64,000 nucleotides of DNA from positions 463,629 to 527,628 of the forward strand of contig CBDCWG010000012.1 of the NCBI GenBank assembly GCA_965223345.1, in the 5' to 3' direction. Source of the stretch: Nitrospinales bacterium. GTDB taxonomy: Bacteria; Nitrospinota; Nitrospinia; Nitrospinales; VA-1. The notes below the pieces were generated by a model. The model ran no database searches, was not told the origin of the DNA, and was given only the letters and a program-made list of their open reading frames with translations. Shown piece by piece: positions 9,987 through 21,092 of this stretch; position 1 is the stretch's first letter; each line of letters begins with the position of its first letter. The position numbers and the translations under genes were made by a program.

Positions 9987-12866
9987 ATGACCGCCTCCCT
10001 TTCCGGTAACGCAGACAACCAATCCGGGCCGCAAGAAACCGGAGGCATCGATACCGTCCTGCCATCCGAAAGGGGGGAAACCGTCCTGATTTCCCCCTCG
10101 CTGCTGCTGTATCTCGCCACCCTGTTCCTCCTCGCCACGATCGGCTGGTACGGCTACCAGAGCGTGGAAAAGGAAATGAAAAAAAATCTCAGCGCCCAGC
10201 TTGCGACCACGCTGTCGGCAAACGTCGAGTCCTTGAAAATCTGGACCGAGGACAAGAAAACCGACGCGGAGATCCTCGCCGCCCAGCCGGAAATCCGCGA
10301 AAAAATCCTGTCCCTGGTGGCACTCACACAAGAAAAAGACATTTCGGCTGCGTTTCTAAAGCAAACCCCGGAGTTGGGCTGGTTGCGCGAACACCTGGGG
10401 TCGGCGTGCAAAAAATACGGCTTCATCGGCTTCGTTCTGTTCGACCCCACCGGATACCAGGTCGGGGCGCTGCTCGAGGAACCGGTGGGCAAGCGGCAGA
10501 TCATCGGCAAATCGGACTTTTTTTACCGCTCGTTGCAGGGAGACACGGTGCTTTCGCATCCTTTCCCGGGTGAGGTCCCCCTGCCGGATATGAAAGGCGT
10601 CTGGCGAAAAAACTGGCCCACCATGTTCGCCTCCACGCCGATCCGCGACCGGGAGAATCGGGTGGTGGGTGTGCTCGCTTTCCGGATCCGGCCTGAGACG
10701 AACTTCACGCAGATTCTGGAAGTGAGCCGCTTCGGCAATACGGGAGAAACCTACGCGTTCAACAAAGAAGGCCTGATGCTTTCCGACAGCCGGTTCACGG
10801 ATGAATTGAAATCTCTGGGTCTGATCCCGGCAGAACCGTGGGGCAATGCGATCCTGAACGTTCAACTGCGCGTGCCGGCGACCTCCCTCCTGCGCAAAAG
10901 CGGAGCGGGATCCCAAACATCCGAACCCGCGCCGCTCACCCGCATGGCGGCGAGTGCGGTGCAAGGCACGTCCTGGCAGGATTTGGACGGGTATTTCGAT
11001 TACCGCGGCAAGAATGTGATCGGCGCCTGGACCTGGCTTCCGGAACATCATTTCGGGGTGGCGACGGAAATCGACGTGGAGGAAGCCTTCGGTCCGCTTT
11101 ACAGCCTGATGCGGGGGTTTTTCCTGATGTTCGGGCTGCTGGTCCTGGCCTCGTTGGCGGCCGGCGGGCTGCGCTGGCGGCAGATCCGCGTCGAACAGGA
11201 GCGCAACCGCGCCTGGGATCAATTGAAGGTGAGCGAAACCTGGCGGCGTTCCATGCTGGACAACGTGATGCACGCCATCGTCACCATCGATCCCAACGGC
11301 ATCATTCAGTCGTTCAACACGGCCGCGGAAAAACAGTTCGGTTACCGGGAAGAGGAAGTCCTGGGAGCCAACGTCAACGTGCTGATGCCGGAACCCTACC
11401 GGTCGAAACACGACGGCTACCTCGAACGATACCGGGTCACTGGGGAAGCGCGCATCCTCGGCAGTGTGGTCGAAGTACCGGGACAACACCGGGACGGCTC
11501 GGTCTTCGATCTGGAGCTCGCCGTGAATAAAATCTCGGCGGGAACGGGATATTTTTTCACCGGCATCATGCGCGAGATCACCGAGCGGAAAAAAGCGGAC
11601 GCCCGGTTGCAATCCCAGGCGCGGCAGCAGGCCGGGGTGGCCGAGCTGGGAAAATCGGCGCTGGCGGGCGCCGACCCGCAGGATTTGATGTTCCAGGCGG
11701 TGCGCCTGCTCAGGCAAACGCTGGATGTGGATTTCGCCCAGGTTCTCGAGCACCATGTGGATACCGACACCTTCACCATCCGCGCCGGTACGGGATGGGG
11801 AGACGGTGTGGTGGGAAAGACCAATATTCCCGGAGGCGATCGCTCGCATGCGGGCTACACGTTCCTGTGCGGTGTGCCGGTTGTGGTCGAAGACTTCACA
11901 AAGGAAACCCGTTTTTCCTGCCCGCCCATCATTCACGAACACGGAGTGAAAAGCGGGGTGAGTGTGCTCATTCAGGCGGGCAGCGTGCCGTTCGGCGCGA
12001 TGGGAATCCACACGAAGCAGCAGCGAACATTCGCGGAAGACGAGATCCATTTTCTCGAAGCGGTCGCGCACATTCTGGCCACCGCCATCGAACGCAAACA
12101 ATCCGAGGAACGCCTGCAGCACTACGCACAGGAACTGGAGCGCAGCAACTCGGACCTCGAGGATTTCGCTTCCATCGCCTCGCACGATCTGCAGGAGCCG
12201 TTGCGCAAAGCCTTGCTGTTCGGAGACCGCATCAAAATGACGTCTTCAGAGAGCGCGGGTGAGAGCGTCCTCTATGTCGAACGCCTGCAACGGTCGATGC
12301 ATAAAATGAAGGATTTCATCAACGACCTTTTGCTGTTCTCGCGCACCACACGCCCGGGCAAACCGTTCGAACGGATCGATCTGAACGAGATGCTCAAGGC
12401 AGTGGTTTTCAATCTTGAAGAAATGGTCAACCGGGAGGAAGGCACGGTGCGGCTGCACACGCTGCCGGCGGTGGAGGGAAACCGGTTTCAGTTGACGCAA
12501 CTGTTTCAAAATCTCATTGCCAACGGATTGAAATACCATCGCAAAGGAGAACCGCCGCAGGTGGAGGTGCGGTGCCGGCACGAATCCCGGGACGACTGTG
12601 AGATCGTGGTCGAAGATCGGGGGATCGGCATCGATCCCAAGTACCATGAAAAAATTTTCAAACCCTTCGAGCGGCTGCACACCGACCGGGATTACAGCGG
12701 CAACGGCATCGGGCTCGCCATCTGCGCGAAAGTGATCAACCAGCACCGGGGAACGATCCGCATCGAAACCCCCGCAGCGGGAGGCAGCGCCTTCGTCATG
12801 TGCATTCCCAAACAGCAGCACAAAACCTCTTCCCCGATTCCGCAGGCAGCAAAAACCAGAAACTGA
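9987..12866 (+). CDS. sensor histidine kinase (TM, periplasmic Cache-like domain, TM, PAS, GAF, HisKA, HATPase_c)
   Basis: 959 aa. Two hydrophobic segments flank a sensor region of about 300 aa. The PAS region reads MLDNVMHAIVTIDPNGIIQSFN. The H-box is FASIASHDLQEPLRK. The N/G boxes are IANGLKYH and GNGIGLAICAKV. Confidence 0.9.
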   Translation: MTASLSGNADNQSGPQETGGIDTVLPSERGETVLISPSLLLYLATLFLLATIGWYGYQSVEKEMKKNLSAQLATTLSANVESLKIWTEDKKTDAEILAAQPEIREKILSLVALTQEKDISAAFLKQTPELGWLREHLGSACKKYGFIGFVLFDPTGYQVGALLEEPVGKRQIIGKSDFFYRSLQGDTVLSHPFPGEVPLPDMKGVWRKNWPTMFASTPIRDRENRVVGVLAFRIRPETNFTQILEVSRFGNTGETYAFNKEGLMLSDSRFTDELKSLGLIPAEPWGNAILNVQLRVPATSLLRKSGAGSQTSEPAPLTRMAASAVQGTSWQDLDGYFDYRGKNVIGAWTWLPEHHFGVATEIDVEEAFGPLYSLMRGFFLMFGLLVLASLAAGGLRWRQIRVEQERNRAWDQLKVSETWRRSMLDNVMHAIVTIDPNGIIQSFNTAAEKQFGYREEEVLGANVNVLMPEPYRSKHDGYLERYRVTGEARILGSVVEVPGQHRDGSVFDLELAVNKISAGTGYFFTGIMREITERKKADARLQSQARQQAGVAELGKSALAGADPQDLMFQAVRLLRQTLDVDFAQVLEHHVDTDTFTIRAGTGWGDGVVGKTNIPGGDRSHAGYTFLCGVPVVVEDFTKETRFSCPPIIHEHGVKSGVSVLIQAGSVPFGAMGIHTKQQRTFAEDEIHFLEAVAHILATAIERKQSEERLQHYAQELERSNSDLEDFASIASHDLQEPLRKALLFGDRIKMTSSESAGESVLYVERLQRSMHKMKDFINDLLLFSRTTRPGKPFERIDLNEMLKAVVFNLEEMVNREEGTVRLHTLPAVEGNRFQLTQLFQNLIANGLKYHRKGEPPQVEVRCRHESRDDCEIVVEDRGIGIDPKYHEKIFKPFERLHTDRDYSGNGIGLAICAKVINQHRGTIRIETPAAGGSAFVMCIPKQQHKTSSPIPQAAKTRN

Positions 12867-12875
12867 AACCGCAGG

Positions 12876-15800
12876 CTACAAAGCGGTTCGCAAAAATTTG
12901 TCGATGAGTTTCCGGTAAAACGCCCGCACCTGTTTGGTGGTCGCGTCGTAATCCGCCACCAGGCGCTCGCCGATGCGGTCCGCTTCCGAATCGCCGTAAC
13001 CGAGAAGTTTCCCCAACGGCGCCAGGCCCTGCGCATCCTTTGGAAGGTGGTTGGTGGAGGGATCGTTCTGAATGCGCAGCGCACATTCCAGGGTGCGCAG
13101 GAACAAATAATGCTTGCGGATCTGCTCCACCTCCTGCTGATCGAGCATGCCGTACGCGCCCAGCTGTTTGAGCACATCGAGAGTCGGCGTCAGGCGCAGC
13201 CCGTGGTTTTGCTTCCCGTGCATGAGCTGCATGATCTGCACGGCGAATTCGATGTCCACGATGCCGCCGAAACCGAGCTTGACGTTTTTCCCCTTCCTGC
13301 TTTCCCGCGCCAGTTCTTTTTCCATCCGTTCGCGCAGGCGGGAGATTTCGATGAGCGACCCGTAATCGAGTTTTTCCCCGTACGTGAAAGCGTGCGCCTT
13401 GTCGAGGAACGTCTCGCCGAGTTTTTGGCTGCCGGCGATGAAGCGCAGCCGCAGCATGGCCTGCCGTTCCCAGATGCGGGCGCGGTTCTTGAAATAGTCC
13501 TCGTACCCCTGGACCGAATGCGCCAGGGTGCCGCGGCTGCCGTCGGGGCGCAGGTCGGTGTCCAGTTCGTAGGCGATCCCCGCCTCGGTCCTCTCGGCCG
13601 TGAGCTGATGGATCAACTGGCACCAGCCGACGTAATGATCCATGAGCTTTTCTTTGGGAAAGTCCGCATTCTGTTCTTCCGGCTCGTCGAACACGTAGAC
13701 GATGTCGAGATCGGAACCGAAGTTGAGTTCGCCGCCTCCCAGTTTGCCGAGGCCGAAGATCGCGAAATCATCGGGCAAAGGCGCTTCACCACCGGATCGT
13801 TTCTGCAGCTCCTCGTACGCGAGTTGGGTTACGGTTTTGAGATAGACTTCCGCCAGCGCCGAAAGATCGTTGAGGGTTCCGGTCAGATCCGACTCGTGAA
13901 TCAGAAAACGCAGCCCGATGCGCAGCTCCTCCCCCTGCTTGAAACGGCGCAGCGCGTTTTTGCAGGCGGTGAAATCCTGAACGCCGCGAAGGTTGCGGTT
14001 TAAATCCTCGGCGATTTTTTCGGGCGGTTTGTAACGGTAGATCGCTTCCAGGTCCATCAGCACATCGACGAGCCCGGGCTGTTTCACCAGGGTGTTGGAC
14101 AGGTAGTCGCTGCTGCCGAACAGGATGAGAAACAGTTCGAGAACTTTATCATTGCTGCGGAACAGATTGAGATAGGAATCGCGGGCCCGGCTCGCCTCGA
14201 CGAACTTCACCAGGTTCTCGACAGCGGCGTTGGGCTTGGGGATGCGCTCGCAATGATCGAGGATGCGCGGCAGGCAGGCGTAAAAATCCTGAATGCTCTT
14301 CTCACTCGGGTGGGAAAACTGCGGCCCGTCGCGCAACGAATGCAGGAAGCGCAGCGCCTGTTTCGGCTCCGTGAAGCCGCGCTCGGACAAAAGTTCTTCG
14401 GACAGTTCCATGCGGACCGCGGAGGCGCTGCCCTCAACCTTCTGCTTGGCTTCGCGTTCTTCTTCATCCGCAAACAGGCCGGCGAACATCGTGCCCACCC
14501 TCTTGGTGTGCTGCTCAAACTGTTCGAGCAGAGCCTGTCCCTGCTCCTGCGGCGTGCCCGCATGCACGCCCATCTTGCGCGCCAGCACCGCGAGTTTGCG
14601 CTCGTCCTCCGGCAGCATATGGGTCTGCAGGCCGAAGGAAATCTGCACGCGGTTTTCCAGGTTGCGAAGAAAGATGTAGGCGGCTTTCAGGTTGTCGTGA
14701 TCCTCAGGGGACAGGTATTTTTCGTCGCGCAGTTTTTTCAGAAGGCCCAGGGTGTTCTTCACCCGCAGGCCGGGCTGGCGTCCGCCGAAAATCAGCAGGT
14801 AGGCCTGCACGATGAACTCGATTTCGCGGATGCCGCCGAAGCCGAGTTTGATGTTGCCCTTGCCGGATTTTTTCCCCTTGAGGCTGGCGTTGATCTTTTC
14901 CTTCATCGCCTTGATCTCTTCGATGGCGGAAAAATCCAGATGGCGCCGGTAAATGAAGGGTTCCAGCAGCGTGAAGAATTCCTTACCGAGCGCGATGCTG
15001 CCGGCGCAGATGCGCGCCTTCAACAACGCCTGGCGCTCCCAGGTGCGGCCCCAGGACTGGTAATATACTTCGCAGCTGGCGAGCGAGTTGGCGATCTCGC
15101 CGCTGCGGCCTTCGGGGCGCAGATCCAGATCGACGCGGAACACATTGCCCTCGGGGGTGATCTCGTGCAGGGCCTGGGTCAGTTTCTGCGCCAGCTTCGT
15201 GAAGTACTCGTGGTTGCTGAGCCGGATGCCGCCGTCTTCCCCGCCGGTCTCGGAGCGCGTTTCCCCCATGCTGGAGGTGTAGATGTAGATGAGATCGATG
15301 TCGGAGCTGAAGTTGAGTTCCTGCCCGCCCAGTTTGCCCATGCCTAAAATGGTGAATTCCGATTCCAGCCAGTTGCCCTCGGGATCCTGATACATGGGAG
15401 CGCCGTATTTCTGCTTGCACTCCTTGTCCGCCAGTTCGTAAGCGATCTGCAGGCAGACATCGGCGAGGTTGGAAATGTCGCGAACGGTTTCGAGCATCTC
15501 CGCCTTGCCGAGAAGGTCGCGCAGGCCGATGCGGATGTATTCCCGTTTCTTGAACCGGCGCAGGTGCGCGGGCGTCTGGGCGTCGAGCGTGTCCCCTCCC
15601 GCCATCTCGTAAAAATCCCGCATGAGCGCATCCTTCGAGCGGGATTCGTTCAGCACATCGGGATTCTTGAGCCAGTCGAAATGCCCCGGTTCCTTGAGCA
15701 GCGTGTCGGTGAGTACCTGGCTGCCGGAAAACAGGGTTACCAGCGCGTGCAGGAGATCCGGCGACTCGTTGAGCAGGATGTAAAAATAATTCTGATCGAA

Positions 15801-16052
15801 GATCTTTCCGGCGAAGCGTTCGAAATTGCTGAGGGCGAGATCGGCATCGTACGACTGCGCCAGTTTTTCCAGAAAGGCCGGAAAAAAACCAGAGAACAGA
15901 GCGGCAAAATCGAGCGGCTTCGCGAGCGTCAGCAACACGTTCCAGGCTTTTTTGGCATCGCCGAATCCGCAAGGCGCCAGCGCCTCTGCGAACCGGTCCT
16001 CCCAGGGCGTCTGCGAATAGAGCAAGGGCAATGGGTCGAGCTGCAGATTCAT
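12876..16052 (-). CDS. glnE: bifunctional glutamine synthetase adenylyltransferase/adenylyl-removing enzyme
   Basis: 1058 aa with two nucleotidyltransferase repeats (MGKLGGQELNFSSDIDLIYIY and LGKLGGGELNFGSDLDIVYVF). Confidence 0.93.
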   Translation of the reverse strand: MNLQLDPLPLLYSQTPWEDRFAEALAPCGFGDAKKAWNVLLTLAKPLDFAALFSGFFPAFLEKLAQSYDADLALSNFERFAGKIFDQNYFYILLNESPDLLHALVTLFSGSQVLTDTLLKEPGHFDWLKNPDVLNESRSKDALMRDFYEMAGGDTLDAQTPAHLRRFKKREYIRIGLRDLLGKAEMLETVRDISNLADVCLQIAYELADKECKQKYGAPMYQDPEGNWLESEFTILGMGKLGGQELNFSSDIDLIYIYTSSMGETRSETGGEDGGIRLSNHEYFTKLAQKLTQALHEITPEGNVFRVDLDLRPEGRSGEIANSLASCEVYYQSWGRTWERQALLKARICAGSIALGKEFFTLLEPFIYRRHLDFSAIEEIKAMKEKINASLKGKKSGKGNIKLGFGGIREIEFIVQAYLLIFGGRQPGLRVKNTLGLLKKLRDEKYLSPEDHDNLKAAYIFLRNLENRVQISFGLQTHMLPEDERKLAVLARKMGVHAGTPQEQGQALLEQFEQHTKRVGTMFAGLFADEEEREAKQKVEGSASAVRMELSEELLSERGFTEPKQALRFLHSLRDGPQFSHPSEKSIQDFYACLPRILDHCERIPKPNAAVENLVKFVEASRARDSYLNLFRSNDKVLELFLILFGSSDYLSNTLVKQPGLVDVLMDLEAIYRYKPPEKIAEDLNRNLRGVQDFTACKNALRRFKQGEELRIGLRFLIHESDLTGTLNDLSALAEVYLKTVTQLAYEELQKRSGGEAPLPDDFAIFGLGKLGGGELNFGSDLDIVYVFDEPEEQNADFPKEKLMDHYVGWCQLIHQLTAERTEAGIAYELDTDLRPDGSRGTLAHSVQGYEDYFKNRARIWERQAMLRLRFIAGSQKLGETFLDKAHAFTYGEKLDYGSLIEISRLRERMEKELARESRKGKNVKLGFGGIVDIEFAVQIMQLMHGKQNHGLRLTPTLDVLKQLGAYGMLDQQEVEQIRKHYLFLRTLECALRIQNDPSTNHLPKDAQGLAPLGKLLGYGDSEADRIGERLVADYDATTKQVRAFYRKLIDKFLRTAL

Positions 16053-16849
16053 GGTTTCCCCTCGGCGAGTTCACCGGCAAACACGGTCACCGCCTGCCCG
16101 GAAAGAAGAATGCGATTTTCCCGCACGGCCACTTTCACGATTCCGCCCCGCCGGGAAGCCTGGAAGCCCGTCAACGCGGTCTTTCCCAACCGCTCACTCC
16201 AGAACGGTCCCAGGCTGCAATGGGCGGAACCGGTGACCGGGTCTTCGTCGATGCCCGCGGCGGGCGCAAAAAAGCGCGAGACGAAATCGATTCCGGTTTT
16301 GAGGGAAGCGGCGGTCACCATGACGCCGCGCACGGGAAACGCGCGCAGGGCGGTGAAATCCGGTTTCAGTTGCACCAACTCCGCCTCGGAGGCGATCTCC
16401 ACCAGATGGTCCACGCCATCGGTCCCAAAATACAGGCCCTCGACGCCCAACGCCGCGGCCAGACCGGCGGGTGGGTCGATCGTCACCACCGTCTGGGCGG
16501 GAAAATCCAGTTCGATCCAGGTCCCGTTGCGGTTGGCGGTCAGCACCCCGCTTTTGGTGTGAAAGCGCGCCGGCTGATCTTCCGGCAGGCGGCCCGCCTG
16601 CCAGAGAACGTGCGCGGAAGCCAGGGTGGCGTGGCCGCAGAGATCCACTTCCGTGACGGGAGTGAACCAACGCAACTGGAACCCGTCCGGTCGCTTCAGC
16701 ACAAAAGCGGTTTCGGAAAGATTCATCTCCGCCGCGAGGTTCTGCATCCAGGCGTCGTCCGCAGGCGCGTCGAGAAGGCAGACCGCGGCCGGGTTGCCTT
16801 GAAACGGCTCGCTGGCAAACGCATCCACCTGAAAAAGAGGGTGTCCCAT
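16049..16849 (-). CDS. PhzF-family isomerase-like protein
   Basis: MGHPLFQVDAFASEPFQGNPAAVCLL...ETAFV...CGHATLASAHVLW is characteristic of PhzF/YddE. Its stop overlaps the glnE start (ATGA at comp 16049-16052). Confidence 0.88.
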   Translation of the reverse strand: MGHPLFQVDAFASEPFQGNPAAVCLLDAPADDAWMQNLAAEMNLSETAFVLKRPDGFQLRWFTPVTEVDLCGHATLASAHVLWQAGRLPEDQPARFHTKSGVLTANRNGTWIELDFPAQTVVTIDPPAGLAAALGVEGLYFGTDGVDHLVEIASEAELVQLKPDFTALRAFPVRGVMVTAASLKTGIDFVSRFFAPAAGIDEDPVTGSAHCSLGPFWSERLGKTALTGFQASRRGGIVKVAVRENRILLSGQAVTVFAGELAEGKP

Positions 16850-16886
16850 GTGTTCACTCTGATTTGACCGCGGTCGTTGCCGACAT

Positions 16887-16921
16887 AAAAAACCCCTTGG
16901 GGTGCTTCCCCAAGGGGTTTT
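16887..16921 (-). terminator. Rho-independent (bidirectional-looking) terminator after glnA
   Basis: CCCCTTGGGG (16893-16902) pairs with CCCCAAGGGG (16908-16917) around a 5-nt loop. An A-run and a T-run flank the hairpin. Confidence 0.75.
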
Positions 16922-16957
16922 GATTATACCGCGATCGAAGGCCGAACGGGGTTCGGA

Positions 16958-18370
16958 TCAAACGTCGTAGTACATGTAAAACTCGAGGGGATGCGGGCGC
17001 AGCCTCAGGTTTGCGATGTCGTTGTCGCGTTTGTAGTCGATCCAGCCGTCGATCACATCCTGGGTGAACACATCTCCTTTCAACAGGAAATCGTGGTCCT
17101 GCTCCAGCGCATCCAGGGCCCCTTCGAGGGAATGCGGCAGCGTCGGAATGCCCTGCAGCTCCTCGGGTCCCAACGCGTAGATGTCCTTGTCCAGCGGCTC
17201 GCCGGGGTCGATCTTGTTTTCGATGCCGTCCAGCCCCGCCATCAGCATGGCCGAGAACGCCAGGTAGCCGTTGCAGGAGGGGTCGGGAAAGCGCGCTTCC
17301 ATGCGTTTGGCTTTCGGGCTCGGCGAATACATGGGAATGCGGCAGGCGGCGCTGCGGTTGCGGCTCGAATAGGCCAGATTGACCGGCGCTTCGAATCCCG
17401 GAACCAGACGCTTGTACGAGTTGGTCGTGGGCGCCGCGAACGCACAGATGGTGGGGGCGTGTTTCAGGATGCCGCCGATGTAGTGCAGCCCCAGCTCGCT
17501 GAAGCCGGCGTAGCCGTTGCCCGCGAACAGCGGTTTGCCGTCTTTCCAGATGCTCTGATGCACGTGCATGCCGGAACCATTGTCCCCGAACATGGGTTTG
17601 GGCATGAAGGTCGCGGTCTTGCCGTGCCGGCGCGCGACGTTCTTGACGATGTATTTGTACCACTTGAGGTTGTCGGCGCATTCGACGAGCGGTGCGAAAC
17701 GCATGTCGATCTCGCACTGGCCGCCGGTGGCGACTTCGTGATGGTGGCATTCCATGTGCAGGCCGACCTGCTCCATGAGGAGCATCATCTCGGTGCGCAT
17801 GTCCTGCAGCGTGTCGCTGGGAGCCACCGGGAAATAGCCTTCCTTGTGGCGCGGCTTGTGGCTGAGGTTGGGGCCTTCGTCGCGTCCGGAGTTCCAGTTG
17901 CCTTCAACCGAATCGACCGAATAAAACGCCCGGTGGTTGGCGTTTTCGTAGCGCACGTCGTCGAACACGAAAAATTCCGCTTCCGGACCGAAGTAGGCGG
18001 TGTCGCCGATGCCGGTGGATTTGAGATACGCCTCTGCCTTGTGGGCGATGTTTCTCGGGTCGCGGGTGTAGCGTTCCTTGGTGATGGGATCGACGATGTT
18101 GCACAGCAGGCTGACAGTGGGCGCCTGCATGAAAGGATCCATGATCGCCGTTGCGGGATCGGGGATGACGAGCATGTCGCTGGCGTTGATCGCCTGCCAT
18201 CCGCGAATGCTGGACCCGTCGAAGCCGAGGCCCTCGTCGAACAGGTGCTCTTCCAGCTCGCTGATGGGAACGGTAAAATGCTGCCAGGTGCCGATCAGAT
18301 CCATGAACTTCATGTCCACCATCTGGGCGTTGTTTTTCTTGGCTAAAGCTATGACATCTTTGGGGGCCAT
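16958..18370 (-). CDS. glnA: glutamine synthetase type I
   Basis: 470 aa. It has [19 protein letters not shown], and a GlnE-target-like Tyr context [13 protein letters not shown], consistent with the glnE gene nearby. Confidence 0.96.
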   Translation of the reverse strand: MAPKDVIALAKKNNAQMVDMKFMDLIGTWQHFTVPISELEEHLFDEGLGFDGSSIRGWQAINASDMLVIPDPATAIMDPFMQAPTVSLLCNIVDPITKERYTRDPRNIAHKAEAYLKSTGIGDTAYFGPEAEFFVFDDVRYENANHRAFYSVDSVEGNWNSGRDEGPNLSHKPRHKEGYFPVAPSDTLQDMRTEMMLLMEQVGLHMECHHHEVATGGQCEIDMRFAPLVECADNLKWYKYIVKNVARRHGKTATFMPKPMFGDNGSGMHVHQSIWKDGKPLFAGNGYAGFSELGLHYIGGILKHAPTICAFAAPTTNSYKRLVPGFEAPVNLAYSSRNRSAACRIPMYSPSPKAKRMEARFPDPSCNGYLAFSAMLMAGLDGIENKIDPGEPLDKDIYALGPEELQGIPTLPHSLEGALDALEQDHDFLLKGDVFTQDVIDGWIDYKRDNDIANLRLRPHPLEFYMYYDV

Positions 18371-18519
18371 CGAACACTCCTTTTATTATGATTTACAGAT
18401 TCCAATAGAACATGCCTGACGGGGAACACGAAAAACCCCCGCCGGTGTGGACGGAGGAGACCCCGGAAAATAGAAACGGGTGATGCCTCATCGAAGTTGC
18501 GCGCGGGTTTGCTTTTTCG

Positions 18520-18873
<354 letters not shown>

Positions 18874-19074
18874 CTAGATAAACTCGATGATTCGAATTTC
18901 GATCAGGGTGCTCCTCCCCCAATTCATTGAAACCGCATCGAATAAGCGGAAGTCGGATATCCGCTTCCAGATTGAACCGTCGTTCCCCGGCTGAACGCAA
19001 ACGCACACGCCACCGCCCTGCGGCGGAATCAAACCGAACAGGCATTCGGACCGTTCCCTTGCTTGGCATTCAAT

Positions 19075-19090
19075 TTCAATTTCTGTGCCA
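19075..19090 (-). promoter_or_regulatory. weak sigma-54-like element upstream of glnB
   Basis: The minus strand reads TGGCACAGAAATTGAA. The -24 box is perfect and the spacing is correct, but the -12 box is TTGA rather than TTGC. It lies about 215 nt upstream of the glnB ATG. Confidence 0.25.
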
Positions 19091-19251
19091 ATGCAGGGCT
19101 TCCCGCCCACGGGCAAACAACTTGTAAATAATTATTTTTTAAGGGGTTCTAAAATCGAAGGAACTATAGCACATCGAAGGTATTTTTTCAATTTAGAAGA
19201 AATGCCGCTTTTTTCAGCACAGGACCGATAAACTGTAAACTTTTTAGGCTT

Positions 19252-19899
19252 TTATTGGGGTGCGTCCGCGGCGTCGGTGAGGGCGTTGAGGGTGTTCTCC
19301 AGCTGCCGCCGTTTTTCCTCGAGCGTGTTTTTGTCCGGCCGCGTGGCGAGCACAATGGGGGGTCCGAAATGCAGGGTGCAGCGGGTGAACGGAAGCGGGA
19401 TCAAGAACCGGTCCCAGCTTCTAAGGTGCCGCCGGCTGCGGGCGCCGTAAGTCATTGGGATCAAGGGGGCGGCGGTGATGCCGGCGATCTCCAGCGAACC
19501 GGGTTGGGCGATGCGGGCCGGCCCGCGCGATCCGTCGGCGATGACGATGATCCTCTGGTCCTGCTTGAGCACTTTGATGAGCTTGCGGGCGGAGGCCACG
19601 GCCTGTTTGTAGGTGGAACCGCGGATCACCGAATAGCCCATGAGCCGGGCGAGGCGGGCGAGAAAATCGCCGTCCTGGCTCGGGCTGATCAACAGGTGCA
19701 GGTCGGGCCGGTTGCGGAAATAAAAAAACAGGTAAAAAATCCGGCCGTGCCAGAGGGACAGGATGTAGCGGCCGGGCAGATACTTGAAGTAGTTTTCCTC
19801 CTGCGGGTTTTTGTTTTTCACCCGCAGAGTGCGGCACCAGATGTGCGCGATGGCCCACGCGAGATAAGGGAAAACGTGGTTGTAGAGAAAGCGTTTCAT
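19252..19899 (-). CDS. DUF374-domain (lysophospholipid acyltransferase-like) protein
   Basis: LSLWHGRIFYLF...LISPSQDGDFLARLARLMGYSVIRGST...IADGSRGPARIAQPGSLEIA matches my memory of DUF374 proteins, which are encoded next to lpxB/kdtA. Its start overlaps the lpxB stop (ATGA). Confidence 0.8.
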   Translation of the reverse strand: MKRFLYNHVFPYLAWAIAHIWCRTLRVKNKNPQEENYFKYLPGRYILSLWHGRIFYLFFYFRNRPDLHLLISPSQDGDFLARLARLMGYSVIRGSTYKQAVASARKLIKVLKQDQRIIVIADGSRGPARIAQPGSLEIAGITAAPLIPMTYGARSRRHLRSWDRFLIPLPFTRCTLHFGPPIVLATRPDKNTLEEKRRQLENTLNALTDAADAPQ

Positions 19900-21056
19900 A
19901 CGTCGGCGGAATTTTCGGGCAACGCCTGGGCGATGTTTGCGGCGATGCGTTTGAGAACCCCCGGCTCGCCCAGGGATTCCCGCACCTGCCTGAGCCGCGC
20001 GCGCAGCGCTTCCCGGCCTTTGGCATCGTTCAACACCACGGACGCATGGCGCGCGACGTTTTCGGCGGTCACCTCCCCCTGCAGCAGTTCGGGCACCACG
20101 CGCTCGCCCGCAACGATGTTGATGAGGCCGAAATTTTCCGCCTTGACCAGCAGCTTGGCCAGCACGTAGGTGATTAGGTTGAGCCGGTAGAGGATGACCA
20201 TCGGGCAGCCCAGCATGCCCGCCTCCAGCGTCGCCGAGCCGGAGGCGATGACGGCGAAGTCGGCACAGTTCAGAACGTCGTAGGCCTTTCCCGACACGAT
20301 GCGGATTTCCGGGACGGCGTGTTCGGTCATCCTGCGGATGCTGTCCGGGTCGATGGAATCGGCGACGGGCAGCACGAACTGGCAGCCCGGGTTGTCGCGG
20401 TGCAGGATCGCGGCCGCTTCGACCATGACGGCGAGCAGGGATTCGATCTCGTTCTTGCGGCTGCCCGGCAACAGCGCCACGATCTTTTGCGCGGGGTCGA
20501 GTCCGAAATGCTTGAGGGCGGCGTCGCGCGGCATCGTGGGCTTCACCAGATCGACGAAGGGGTGCCCGTGAAACACGGCGTCCACCCCCGCATCGCGGTA
20601 GAGTTTTTCTTCAAAGGGCAGGATGACGTGCATGCGGGTGACGTCGCGGCGGATGTCCTTCATGCGCCCTTTGCGCCAGGCCCAGATCTGCGGGCCGATG
20701 AAATAATGCACCGGGCAGCCGGCGCGCTTCAAGTGCCGCGCCAGGCGCATGTTGAGGGTGGGGTAGTCGATGAGAATGGCGGCGTCGAAGGTTTTCCGCC
20801 GGATTTTCCGCGTGAGGGTGCGGTACACGTCCCAGTAATGCGGCAGTTCGCCGAGGACTTCGGTGACGCCGACGGTTCCGGTCTTTTCGATGTCGAAGAA
20901 CGTCTCGACGCCGGCCGCGCGCATGCGCTCACCGCCCATGCCGTAAAACCGCGATCCGGGACGGATCGCGGTGAGGGCTTCGGTCAGGCTCGCCCCGTGC
21001 AAATCGCCGGAGGCTTCCCCCGCGACGATGAGTATGCGAAGCGGTGCGTGCGTCAT
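19896..21056 (-). CDS. lpxB: lipid-A-disaccharide synthase
   Basis: 386 aa. The N-terminus is LRILIVAGEASGDLHGASL and the rest is colinear with LpxB (GT19). Confidence 0.92.
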   Translation of the reverse strand: MTHAPLRILIVAGEASGDLHGASLTEALTAIRPGSRFYGMGGERMRAAGVETFFDIEKTGTVGVTEVLGELPHYWDVYRTLTRKIRRKTFDAAILIDYPTLNMRLARHLKRAGCPVHYFIGPQIWAWRKGRMKDIRRDVTRMHVILPFEEKLYRDAGVDAVFHGHPFVDLVKPTMPRDAALKHFGLDPAQKIVALLPGSRKNEIESLLAVMVEAAAILHRDNPGCQFVLPVADSIDPDSIRRMTEHAVPEIRIVSGKAYDVLNCADFAVIASGSATLEAGMLGCPMVILYRLNLITYVLAKLLVKAENFGLINIVAGERVVPELLQGEVTAENVARHASVVLNDAKGREALRARLRQVRESLGEPGVLKRIAANIAQALPENSADV

Positions 21057-21092
21057 GTTCGATCCCCACTGGTTGCCGAAACGAATTTCACA

